From Bacteriovoracaceae bacterium (GTDB taxonomy: Bacteria > Bdellovibrionota > Bacteriovoracia > Bacteriovoracales > Bacteriovoracaceae), in NCBI GenBank assembly GCA_048270185.1, contig JBLWTJ010000001.1, forward strand, positions 64,001-128,000: 64,000 nt of DNA, given 5' to 3'. How positions within the stretch are numbered: position 1 is the first letter of the stretch; every line of letters begins with the position of its first letter. Positions 31,291 through 39,535 of the stretch are shown one piece after another. Position numbers and translations under genes: made by a program. The notes under the pieces were generated by a model, which saw only the letters and a program-made list of their open reading frames with translations, was not told where the DNA came from and ran no database searches.

Positions 31291-31964
31291 TACATTCCTC
31301 CCTTAACGTGACAGTAGATTGCAATTGTTGAGTAACCAAGAGTTAGAACAACTGCGTAAACCTTCGATAGGAATTTAATAGCAGGCATATATTTTGGGTG
31401 ATTGAAACCTATTGATTGAAATGCTGACCAGAACCCGTGTGATACGTGAATCCCGATCACAAGCATGAAGATCACATACATTCCAGTGTTAAGTGGAGAT
31501 GCAAAGTATTCCATCACTGTTCTGTAAAGGTCACGAGCTGCAGTACCGTCTGATAGAGTTGTGTCGTATACATTTCCATATTTAAAGTTAATTAAGTGCA
31601 TAACAATAAAGAATAGGATAAGGAAACCAGTATAAGGCATCGTTGAAGATGCAAAAGTTGCACCACGTCCTGTCGGCTGTTTCATGTAGTACTTAACTGG
31701 ACGGGCAGCTTTGTTTTCCATTGTAAGCTTTAGTGCCATAAAAAGGTGCACTAGAAAGATTGCAAGAAGACCAGCTTCAGCGACGTAGATAAGCGGGTTA
31801 GACATTAGCTTGTAACCATACATGTTAAAAGCGTCTTTGCTAACGAGTAATAAAAAATTCCCCATCATGTGCGTTAAAAGAAATCCACATAGTAGTAGAC
31901 CTGTAACTCCCATTACTTGTTTCTTCGCAATGGAGTTTGTCAAATAAAAGCGTAATGCTGACAT
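31290..31964 (-). CDS. sdhC: Succinate dehydrogenase cytochrome b558 subunit (single 5-TM anchor)
   Basis: [27 protein letters not shown]; operon position. Confidence 0.92.
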   Translation of the reverse strand: MSALRFYLTNSIAKKQVMGVTGLLLCGFLLTHMMGNFLLLVSKDAFNMYGYKLMSNPLIYVAEAGLLAIFLVHLFMALKLTMENKAARPVKYYMKQPTGRGATFASSTMPYTGFLILFFIVMHLINFKYGNVYDTTLSDGTAARDLYRTVMEYFASPLNTGMYVIFMLVIGIHVSHGFWSAFQSIGFNHPKYMPAIKFLSKVYAVVLTLGYSTIAIYCHVKGGM

Positions 31965-32111
31965 TGATACATTTCCTTTGTCTGATTTAATAATATTTTT
32001 AAATGTAATTTAGATGCATTATAATCCTTTAATCACGAAAGCTTAAGCGAATTTTTAAGAGTTTTTTAATTGTGTTGCGATGAGTAATTAAATTAAAAGG
32101 AGTTATTTTAA

Positions 32112-32969
32112 ATGTTAATCCATTCATTCTTTGACAAAGATACTAATACTCTGACTTATATCATTTACTCACATGCAACAAAGCAAGCAATTGTTATTGA
32201 CCCAGTTTTAAACTTTGACTACGCAAGCGGATCTGTGTCAACAAAAGAGATTGTTCTAATCGACGAGTTCTTAAAAGAAAATGAACTTAATTTAAGTTAT
32301 ATCTTTGAAACACATGTACATGCGGACCACTTATCTGGAGCCTCAAAACTCAAGGCATTGCACCCAAGTGCAAAGGTAGTCATTCACGAGAATATAAAGT
32401 TAGTACAGTCTATATTTAACGAAGCCTATACTTCAGATATAGCTGAAGACGGCTCTCAATTTGATATTCTAACAAAAGAGGGCGAGGTCTTTAATGTGAG
32501 TGAAGATATCAAGGTTGAAATTATTGCAACACCTGGGCACACTCCGGCTTGCATGAGTTTGTATGTCAATAAAGAGGCCCTCTTTGTAGGAGATGCTATC
32601 TTTATGCCTGATATGGGGACCGGAAGATGTGATTTCCCAAAGGGAAGTGCCAAAGATTTATATTCTTCGATTCAAAAAATCTATGCCCTTAATGATAAGT
32701 GTAGTATATACGTCGGCCATGACTACGGCCCAGGTGGACGTGAAATTATGTTTAAAACAACTGTTGAAAAACAGAAGAGAAATAATATTCAGTGTAAGGC
32801 CACTACGACAGAAGATGAATTTCTTGAGTTTCGAACAAGTCGCGATGCCATGTTAAGTGCTCCAAGGCTTCTTATCCCTAGTATTCAGTACAATATGAAT
32901 GGGGGAGAGTTTATCTTTCATGATGATAATAGAAAACCTTACTTGAAAGTGCCGGTAAATTTAATCTAA
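32112..32969 (+). CDS. MBL-fold persulfide dioxygenase (ETHE1/Blh-like)
   Basis: IDPVL, ETHVHADHLS, TPGHTPAC, GTGRCDFP, GHDY. Confidence 0.88.
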   Translation: MLIHSFFDKDTNTLTYIIYSHATKQAIVIDPVLNFDYASGSVSTKEIVLIDEFLKENELNLSYIFETHVHADHLSGASKLKALHPSAKVVIHENIKLVQSIFNEAYTSDIAEDGSQFDILTKEGEVFNVSEDIKVEIIATPGHTPACMSLYVNKEALFVGDAIFMPDMGTGRCDFPKGSAKDLYSSIQKIYALNDKCSIYVGHDYGPGGREIMFKTTVEKQKRNNIQCKATTTEDEFLEFRTSRDAMLSAPRLLIPSIQYNMNGGEFIFHDDNRKPYLKVPVNLI

Positions 32970-33035
32970 CTAGCTAATTTTATTTAAGTTTAAATGTCAT
33001 TTGTCGAAGAGATGACTATAGGGAGCTTAAGCTAA

Positions 33036-34370
33036 ATGACAAACGAAACTCATCCAGAAATTGAGAATACAATGCAATTTACCAAAATTGGTATTGCCCT
33101 TAAGGATTGGCCTTCTCTTTCTGAATCTGAGCGTTTGAGTATCTTCAATAGTTTCTCTGAAGAAGAAGCACAAGACTTCTTTGACTCTCTCGATTCCAAC
33201 TATCAAGCAGATCTCTTTGAACAATTTGATCGTGATCTTAAAAGACGATGGGCAAATGATCTTGCCTACGATGACCTTGCCGATATTCTACAACTTCTTG
33301 AAAAAGAACAAGTGGAAGAGACTCTTGCTCTTTTAGCAAAGCATGCACGTGTTGAAGTTATGGCCCTTATGGCCTATGCCGAAGACGTTGCTGGTGGTCT
33401 AATGAATTCAAATTATATTCGCCTACGTGCCAATATGTTTGTTGAAGAGGCCATTCGCTATATTCGTACTCAAACTTTAAGTAATGTCGAAACGATCTAC
33501 TATACTTATGTTATCGATGCCTCTCAAAAGCTTTTAGGGGTTGTCTCTTTGCGTGAGCTCTTTGGGGCCCGTGATGGCCAACGTGTTGCTGATCTTATGA
33601 CTAGTGGTGATGATCTAATTGCCATTCCTGATAATATGGACCAGGAAGAAATTGGTCGCGTCTTTAGTCGATTCGAGCAAGTTGTCCTGCCCGTTGTTGA
33701 CGAAGAATTTCGCATGAAAGGTATCATTACAATTGATGATATCATTAAGGCCGTCGAAGAAGAGATGACGGAAGATATGCAAAAAATCGGTGGGGTTGAA
33801 TCCCTCGATGCTCCATATCTTGAAGTTGGATTCTTTGAGATGGTTAAGAAGCGACTTGGTTGGCTTGTTATTTTATTTGTCGGGCAAATGCTGACGGCAA
33901 CGGCCATGACTCACTTTGAAAAGGCCATTGCTGAAACTGTTGCACTAATTACTTTTATTCCAATGATTATTTCTTCTGGAGGAAACTCTGGCTCTCAAGC
34001 TTCGGCCCTTATCATTCGTGCTTTGGCCCTTGGAGAAGTTAAGAATTCGGATACCCTAAGAGTCTTTCTTAGAGAAGCCGGCTCAGGAATATTTATGGGG
34101 CTAATCTTAGGTATATTCGGTTTTGTTCGAATTTATTTCTGGCCTCATGCAAATGAGTTATACGGTGTCAATTTCGCAAATATTTCACTAGTTGTTGGTT
34201 GCAGTATTATTTGTATTGTGACTTGGGGAACACTGGTTGGTTCAATGCTTCCATTTGGCCTTAAGACGCTACGTTTTGACCCTGCCACGGCCTCAACTCC
34301 CTTTGTTGCTACAATTTGTGACGTTACGGGAATCATCATCTATTTCACGATTGCTCATCTGCTCTTGTAG
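33036..34370 (+). CDS. mgtE: Magnesium transporter MgtE
   Basis: CBS pair, RLGWL, SGGNSGSQ, DPATASTPFVATICD. Confidence 0.95.
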   Translation: MTNETHPEIENTMQFTKIGIALKDWPSLSESERLSIFNSFSEEEAQDFFDSLDSNYQADLFEQFDRDLKRRWANDLAYDDLADILQLLEKEQVEETLALLAKHARVEVMALMAYAEDVAGGLMNSNYIRLRANMFVEEAIRYIRTQTLSNVETIYYTYVIDASQKLLGVVSLRELFGARDGQRVADLMTSGDDLIAIPDNMDQEEIGRVFSRFEQVVLPVVDEEFRMKGIITIDDIIKAVEEEMTEDMQKIGGVESLDAPYLEVGFFEMVKKRLGWLVILFVGQMLTATAMTHFEKAIAETVALITFIPMIISSGGNSGSQASALIIRALALGEVKNSDTLRVFLREAGSGIFMGLILGIFGFVRIYFWPHANELYGVNFANISLVVGCSIICIVTWGTLVGSMLPFGLKTLRFDPATASTPFVATICDVTGIIIYFTIAHLLL

Positions 34371-34381
34371 TTTTTGGCCAT

Positions 34382-34408
34382 AAAAAAAGCCTCCATTTCG
34401 GAGGCTTA
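34382..34408. terminator. Terminator between convergent genes
   Basis: A7-GCCTCC-ATTTC-GGAGGCTT. Confidence 0.8.
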
Positions 34409-34416
34409 ACTTTTTC

Positions 34417-35211
34417 TTATTTTGATTTTTTCTTGGTTGCTTTCTTTGCCGTTTTTTTGGCCGTTTTCTTTGCTACTTTCTTTGCAGCTTTCTTTGCTAC
34501 TTTTTTTGGTGCAGCTTTCTTTGTTACTTTCTTTGCTGTCTTTTTGGCCGTTTTCTTCGCTACTTTTTTAGTAACTTTCTTGGCAGTTTTCTTGGCAGTT
34601 TTCTTGGCAACTTTTTTAGTTACTTTCTTGGCCGTCTTCTTAGCAGTCTTTTTAGCTACTTTCTTTGCAACTTTTTTCTCTGCCTTCTTTGCCGTTTTCT
34701 TTGCAGCTTTTTTGGCAACCTTTTTAACAACTTTCTTCTTGGTCTCTTTTGCTTTCTTCGTCAGATCATTGGCCACTTTCTTTGTTGCTTTTCTAACTTC
34801 TTCAACAGACTCTTCAAGATCGTCAGCTGCTTGTTTGGCCACTCGTTGAACAGTATTGATGGCCTTCTTCGTTGACTTCTTTACCGACTCATAAGTATCA
34901 CCATGACCTAGAGTTGCGATCTCTTTTTCAATCATTGCTTCATATTCAGAAAGAACTTTCATTGGATCTTTACCAAGTCTTTCGAGTTCTTCTTTTAATT
35001 CGTTTAGGAACTTTTCGATCTTATGTTTTTGAACATTGACTTTATCGTAGCGAAATCTGAAGTGATAGTAGAGTTCGTCATACTTTTCACTGCCTTCGTC
35101 TTGAATGCGCTCAAGTAGGTGAGAGCATTTTTTTAGAATCTCATCACTTGATGAAGTTAGGGCGTGTTTGGCCTGTTTATTCTTCTTTTTTAAAAAATCC
35201 TCGATACTCAT
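34417..35211 (-). CDS. Histone H1-like Lys/Ala-rich protein
   Basis: Helical N-domain plus ~110-aa tail of KKxA tetrapeptides (KKVAKKTAKKTAKKVT units). Confidence 0.8.
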   Translation of the reverse strand: MSIEDFLKKKNKQAKHALTSSSDEILKKCSHLLERIQDEGSEKYDELYYHFRFRYDKVNVQKHKIEKFLNELKEELERLGKDPMKVLSEYEAMIEKEIATLGHGDTYESVKKSTKKAINTVQRVAKQAADDLEESVEEVRKATKKVANDLTKKAKETKKKVVKKVAKKAAKKTAKKAEKKVAKKVAKKTAKKTAKKVTKKVAKKTAKKTAKKVTKKVAKKTAKKTAKKVTKKAAPKKVAKKAAKKVAKKTAKKTAKKATKKKSK

Positions 35212-35384
35212 TTTTCCCTCGCTTTTTCAGCATTGGATCGATGCTGTTGTAAATAATTTTACATTAATAAGGTAAACTCATTCAATAGTATTTTCAACCA
35301 TTTAATATCGTGTATATTTTAATATTTACTTGCTTTGGACGTCAGAATTCTCTATATATAGGTATAGTAATTAATTGGGCAATT

Positions 35385-35831
35385 ATGGATAACGATATGC
35401 AAGAGATAAAGACAACAAATATTGACGAATCAGCGGATCGTGCGGGTTTGCTCTTTTCTGTGATTTGTTGCCTACATTGCATGGCAATCCCATTACTTCT
35501 AATTTTTGCACCGTCTGTTGCAAGTATTTTTGAGAATCCTTTAATTCATAGTCTTTCGATTCTCATTATTGTTCCAGTTGGTCTCTACGCCTTTGTAAAA
35601 AACCTAAAAGTTCACTCAGATAAGAGACCTCTAATTATTGGTGTTCTTGGAATGGCCACAATTCTCATTGGACACTTCAATAGCTATATCTTTGGTGGGC
35701 ATCACGTTGGTCACCATGTTCACTCAATTGGTGCAGTTGAAATCATCTCATCACTTGTTGGTGGTTTTGCATTAATTGGCGCACACTTGCTTAATATCAA
35801 GCTTTGTCGCTGTAATCACTGCGATCACTAA
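35385..35831 (+). CDS. MerC-domain membrane protein
   Basis: DRAGLLFSVICCLHC, four TMs, His-rich loop, AHLLN..CRCNHCDH. Confidence 0.8.
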   Translation: MDNDMQEIKTTNIDESADRAGLLFSVICCLHCMAIPLLLIFAPSVASIFENPLIHSLSILIIVPVGLYAFVKNLKVHSDKRPLIIGVLGMATILIGHFNSYIFGGHHVGHHVHSIGAVEIISSLVGGFALIGAHLLNIKLCRCNHCDH

Positions 35832-36895
35832 TAACGTAAATTTGTTCGATCTGAAATTCTTAATGAATCATTATCCATGTAATTCGTAATAGTCTCTGTA
35901 AAGGCTTGCACATCTTCTAGGTTAAAGAGTTTCTTAGTAAAATTATGGCCAAAATTAAGCCAGACATGGCCAACTTTTAAGAAGAAGCGAATGCGTTTTA
36001 AGGCCTGTTTCTTTTCATAGTAATGAAAACAAGCTTGGATATAGCCAATGACAAAGTCACCGTAGAGCTTGGCGTAATCATCCTTTGTCTTAGTTAATAT
36101 ATCCTGTTGAAATTCATCAAGTTGGCAGCCAAGGCTTTGGGCGTACTTTGTAACGATCCATGGCTTGGCCGTCAGAACTCGTCCAAGCATCGTGGCCTGA
36201 CATCCAGTTTCTTCTCGCATTTGAGAAATATCTTCAAATTCCTGTATATCTCCATTTCCAATAATGGGAAGATCAATACTATCTTGTAAGAGCTTTATCT
36301 GTCCCCAGTCGGCATTTCCCTTTCGCTTTTGTTCGGCCAAGCGCGGATGGAGAATAAGCCAGTCGGCCCCTGCATCTTTTAAGGCATGGCAGAAGTCTAG
36401 TAAGAAACTCTTGTCGGCCTGAAGTCCGGCCCTTAATTTTACAGAGATCGGAACTGTCGCATACTTCTTAACCGTGGCCACAACTTCATGGGCGTAATTG
36501 ATATCACCCATTAAAGATACTCCGTAATTATGTTTTAAGGCCTTCTTAACTGGACATCCCATATTGATATCGATGGCCTTTGCTCCCCATGCTTCAAGCT
36601 TTGGAATTGATTTGGAGATATAGCGTTCTTCATTGCAAAGAATCTGGGGATAAAGACCAAGATCAAATTCACTCTTTAATGTTTCAGGGGTTTCCCCCAA
36701 AATTTGATCGGGAAGGCGTCTTGAGTTGAGCATTTCAGTGGCCCACAATGTTTTCTTGTCATTACCTCTAGGGAAATAGGGCCTTAGTGCGTCTCGTAAG
36801 GCAACATGAGAGAGTCCCACCATTGGCGCAAGAAGCAGTGGAAACTCAACTAGCTCATTAAATTTTTGCCAAGAAGGCGAGTGAGGTTGTGACAA
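35828..36895 (-). CDS. tRNA-dihydrouridine synthase family protein
   Basis: LAPMVG, DINMGCP, SVKLRAG, LHPR, GNGDI, MLGR. Confidence 0.9.
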   Translation of the reverse strand: MSQPHSPSWQKFNELVEFPLLLAPMVGLSHVALRDALRPYFPRGNDKKTLWATEMLNSRRLPDQILGETPETLKSEFDLGLYPQILCNEERYISKSIPKLEAWGAKAIDINMGCPVKKALKHNYGVSLMGDINYAHEVVATVKKYATVPISVKLRAGLQADKSFLLDFCHALKDAGADWLILHPRLAEQKRKGNADWGQIKLLQDSIDLPIIGNGDIQEFEDISQMREETGCQATMLGRVLTAKPWIVTKYAQSLGCQLDEFQQDILTKTKDDYAKLYGDFVIGYIQACFHYYEKKQALKRIRFFLKVGHVWLNFGHNFTKKLFNLEDVQAFTETITNYMDNDSLRISDRTNLRY

Positions 36896-37557
36896 ATTTT
36901 CTTCCTTAAATCATGGAGATCCACATCTTGAATTCTTGCAAACTCTTCATAAACTCTCTTTATTTCGAGTTCGTTGCGGTCGTCGGTTTCAAAGAATATA
37001 TACTCTAATTTGACTTTGTTCTTCAATAGATGCTTTGCGATCTTTGCCGTTTTCGATTCATAGAAGCGAGGTCCAAGACTGGTGTAGATGCCATGCTCAT
37101 GGCATGAGTTCATTTGTATTTCATTGCCGTTAAAGTCATGTAAGACCCATGCTTGTTTAGGCCTATAGAGCTTATGCAAGGCCAGGATTTCATCAAGTGC
37201 CCGCACATTGTGAATAATGAGTGGCTTTTCTAATTCCATACTGAGCTTTATATGCCACTCAAAAATATTTCTTTGATCTTTGATTGGAGTTTCGATGGCC
37301 CGATCAAGGCCTGCTTCTCCAACCATTAAACAATTTTCATCAAGGCAAAGAGATTTAATTTGCTTGAAATCATTTTCGGCGTCTTCGAGGCGCCAGGGAT
37401 GAACTCCTGCGCTGAAATATTGTTTTGGATAAGGTAACTCATTGATTTTTGGAGAGTAAGAATAAATGTGAATCTCACTTTCTGAAGTGGGCCCATGTGA
37501 GGCCCTGTGCCCGTGAAGGTCGATAAATTTTGCACTCTGAGATTCTTTGCTTGTCAT
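36850..37557 (-). CDS. TatD-family hydrolase
   Basis: DLHGH, GVHPW, VGEAGLD, IHNVRA, HDF, FETD. Confidence 0.88.
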   Translation of the reverse strand: MTSKESQSAKFIDLHGHRASHGPTSESEIHIYSYSPKINELPYPKQYFSAGVHPWRLEDAENDFKQIKSLCLDENCLMVGEAGLDRAIETPIKDQRNIFEWHIKLSMELEKPLIIHNVRALDEILALHKLYRPKQAWVLHDFNGNEIQMNSCHEHGIYTSLGPRFYESKTAKIAKHLLKNKVKLEYIFFETDDRNELEIKRVYEEFARIQDVDLHDLRKKICHNLTRLLGKNLMS

Positions 37558-37694
37558 ATGCTTATTATTTTAATACATTACCGGTCTAATTAAAAATTTG
37601 AAAAAAGATATTGCCTATCTTTTTAAATTCAATTATTTATTTAGCATATTTTAATATTTTTTATAAGCGTTACAAATTGATGTAGGAGTACTTA

Positions 37695-37943
37695 ATGTTA
37701 ACAATTAGATTACAACGCGGTGGTAGAACTCACATGCCTATTTACACAATCGTTGCTGCTGACTCTAGAAATGCTAGAGATGGTAAATTCAGCGAAAAGC
37801 TAGGGCAATATAACCCACACCTTTCAGAAGGTAACCTTATCGACGTTAGAGCTGAGAGAATTACTGAGCTTGTTGGTAAAGGTGCTACAATTTCAGATAC
37901 TGTTAGAACTCTACTAAAGAAGAATAACGTAACTTTAAACTAA
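37695..37943 (+). CDS. rpsP: 30S ribosomal protein S16
   Basis: MLTIRLQRGG..PIYTIVAADSRNARDGKF.E.LG.YNP. Confidence 0.97.
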   Translation: MLTIRLQRGGRTHMPIYTIVAADSRNARDGKFSEKLGQYNPHLSEGNLIDVRAERITELVGKGATISDTVRTLLKKNNVTLN

Positions 37944-37996
37944 TTAAAGTTTCAATTTTTTCTTTATTTTAAACGGCATTTTTGTAGAAGGAGTTC

Positions 37997-38239
37997 ATGA
38001 TGAGTGAGTTAAAAGATTTGATTAACACAGTTAGTCGCGCGCTAGTTGATATGCCAGAGCAAGTAGAAGTAAACGAAATCGTTGGTGAACAGACGACAGT
38101 AATTGAGCTAAAGGTTGATAAAACTGACCTTGGAAAAGTTATTGGAAAGCAAGGGAAAACTGCCCGTGCTCTAAGAACTATTCTTAACGCAGCTTCAACA
38201 AAATTGAAAAAAAGATCTGTTTTAGAAATTATAGAATAA
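37997..38239 (+). CDS. khpA: KH-domain RNA-binding protein
   Basis: LVDMPEQV, DLGKVIGKQGKTARALRT; follows rpsP. Confidence 0.92.
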   Translation: MMSELKDLINTVSRALVDMPEQVEVNEIVGEQTTVIELKVDKTDLGKVIGKQGKTARALRTILNAASTKLKKRSVLEIIE

Positions 38240-38270
38240 TTTACTTGAATCAATAAATTTTGTGAATTAA

Positions 38271-38298
38271 AAAGACCTATCGAAAGATAGGTTTTTTT
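38271..38298 (+). terminator. Terminator after khpA
   Basis: ACCTATC-GAAA-GATAGGT-T run. Confidence 0.85.
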
Positions 38299-38322
38299 GT
38301 TTCAACAATATGGAGAGTAATT

Positions 38323-38697
38323 ATGGAAATCGTTGCAAATACAGATTCGAAAAGAGTGCTCTTAGTTGACGATCAGGTCGAGATTCTAGAGTTACTTCAA
38401 GATGCCTTAACAATGGAAGGCTTCCTTGTTGACGCGTGCTCAGATGCACACCAGGCCTTAGCTGCACTTGGCTCTAATAGCTATTCACATATTATATCTG
38501 ACTATCAAATGCCAGGTGTCGATGGGATGGAGCTGGCCTCTAGGGCCCGTGGAATTCTCAATGAGAAGATGCCTGAGTTTATTTTGGCGACTGGGGATTG
38601 TTCGATTAACTCTGAGTCTATAAAGGGCAAGGGAGTGACTGGAATTCTGCCAAAACCCTTTACCTTAAAGCAAGTTATTAGCGTTTTAAAGCACTAA
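38323..38697 (+). CDS. Single-domain response regulator (CheY-like)
   Basis: [20 protein letters not shown]. Confidence 0.9.
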   Translation: MEIVANTDSKRVLLVDDQVEILELLQDALTMEGFLVDACSDAHQALAALGSNSYSHIISDYQMPGVDGMELASRARGILNEKMPEFILATGDCSINSESIKGKGVTGILPKPFTLKQVISVLKH

Positions 38698-38885
38698 GAA
38701 TCTTTCTTCTTATCCTCTAATTTCGACTTAGCGCTGGTATTTTCGCTTTCATCGTCTTTTAGACCTTCTTTAAAGCCTGTAATGGCCTTACCCAGAGATT
38801 TCCCTAGTTCAGGAAGCTTCTTTCCGCCAAATAGTAGAACGATGATTGCTAGGATAATTAAACTTTCAGTAATTCCAAGACTCAT
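38694..38885 (-). CDS. tatA: Twin-arginine translocase TatA
   Basis: [23 protein letters not shown]. Confidence 0.93.
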   Translation of the reverse strand: MSLGITESLIILAIIVLLFGGKKLPELGKSLGKAITGFKEGLKDDESENTSAKSKLEDKKKDS

Positions 38886-38900
38886 ATTTACCTCTTAACT

Positions 38901-39470
38901 TTAGTAGATCTTTGATAAGTCCATTGTGTACTTACCTGGAGAGTATTCGGCAAATCTCTTGGCGCGAATATCTTTGTATAGCTTCTTTGAGTTTGAACTT
39001 GAAGCGTATGGGTAAATGCAAATTCCACCACGAGGTGTGAATTCGCCAATAACTTCGACATATTTTGGCTTCATTAGCTTTGTTAAGTCATCACAGATTT
39101 TTTGTACGCAATCTTCATGGAAGTCACCGTGATTTCTGAAGCTAAATAAATAAAGCTTTAATGACTTTGACTCGACCATCTTCTTATCAGCAATATAATT
39201 AATATAAATACGAGCAAAGTCAGGTTGTCCTGTCTTAGGGCATAGGGAAGTGAACTCTGTGCAAACAAATGTTGTCCAAGCATCACTATTTGGATTCTTA
39301 TTGTCAAAAGCTTCTAGGACTTCTGGCGCGTATGTATCTGGGTAATCAGTATTGGCCGAACCAAGGGCGAATGCAGTTAGCTCTTTTGTGTCGCGGCCTT
39401 TATTGGACTTAGTAGTCTTTGCTGATTTTGTTGTTTTTGCTTTCTTGATAGCTTTTTTCGATGATGACAT
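38901..39470 (-). CDS. queF: NADPH-dependent preQ0 reductase (type I)
   Basis: EFTSLCPKTGQPDFA, VESKSLKLYLFSFRNHGDFHE, FTPRGGI. Confidence 0.95.
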   Translation of the reverse strand: MSSSKKAIKKAKTTKSAKTTKSNKGRDTKELTAFALGSANTDYPDTYAPEVLEAFDNKNPNSDAWTTFVCTEFTSLCPKTGQPDFARIYINYIADKKMVESKSLKLYLFSFRNHGDFHEDCVQKICDDLTKLMKPKYVEVIGEFTPRGGICIYPYASSSNSKKLYKDIRAKRFAEYSPGKYTMDLSKIY

Positions 39471-39535
39471 TTATCGACTCTCTTGAATTATTTTGATAGG
39501 TTATATATGACTTAATTTAACACCGTCAAGGAACA

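Noticed and set aside
34430..34760. Tandem repeats as a possible CRISPR array
   Set aside because: These are degenerate coding repeats with no unique spacers, and no cas genes are present.
34433..34849. 138-aa hydrophobic FFAVFLA-repeat ORF on the plus strand
   Set aside because: It is the antisense shadow of the Lys/Ala repeat of the H1-like gene.
15718..39470. tgt, queE and queF as a 7-deazaguanine DNA-modification (dpd) system
   Set aside because: The genes are dispersed, Tgt is the canonical tRNA type, and no dpdA-like paralogue is present. No preQ1 riboswitch was recognised either.
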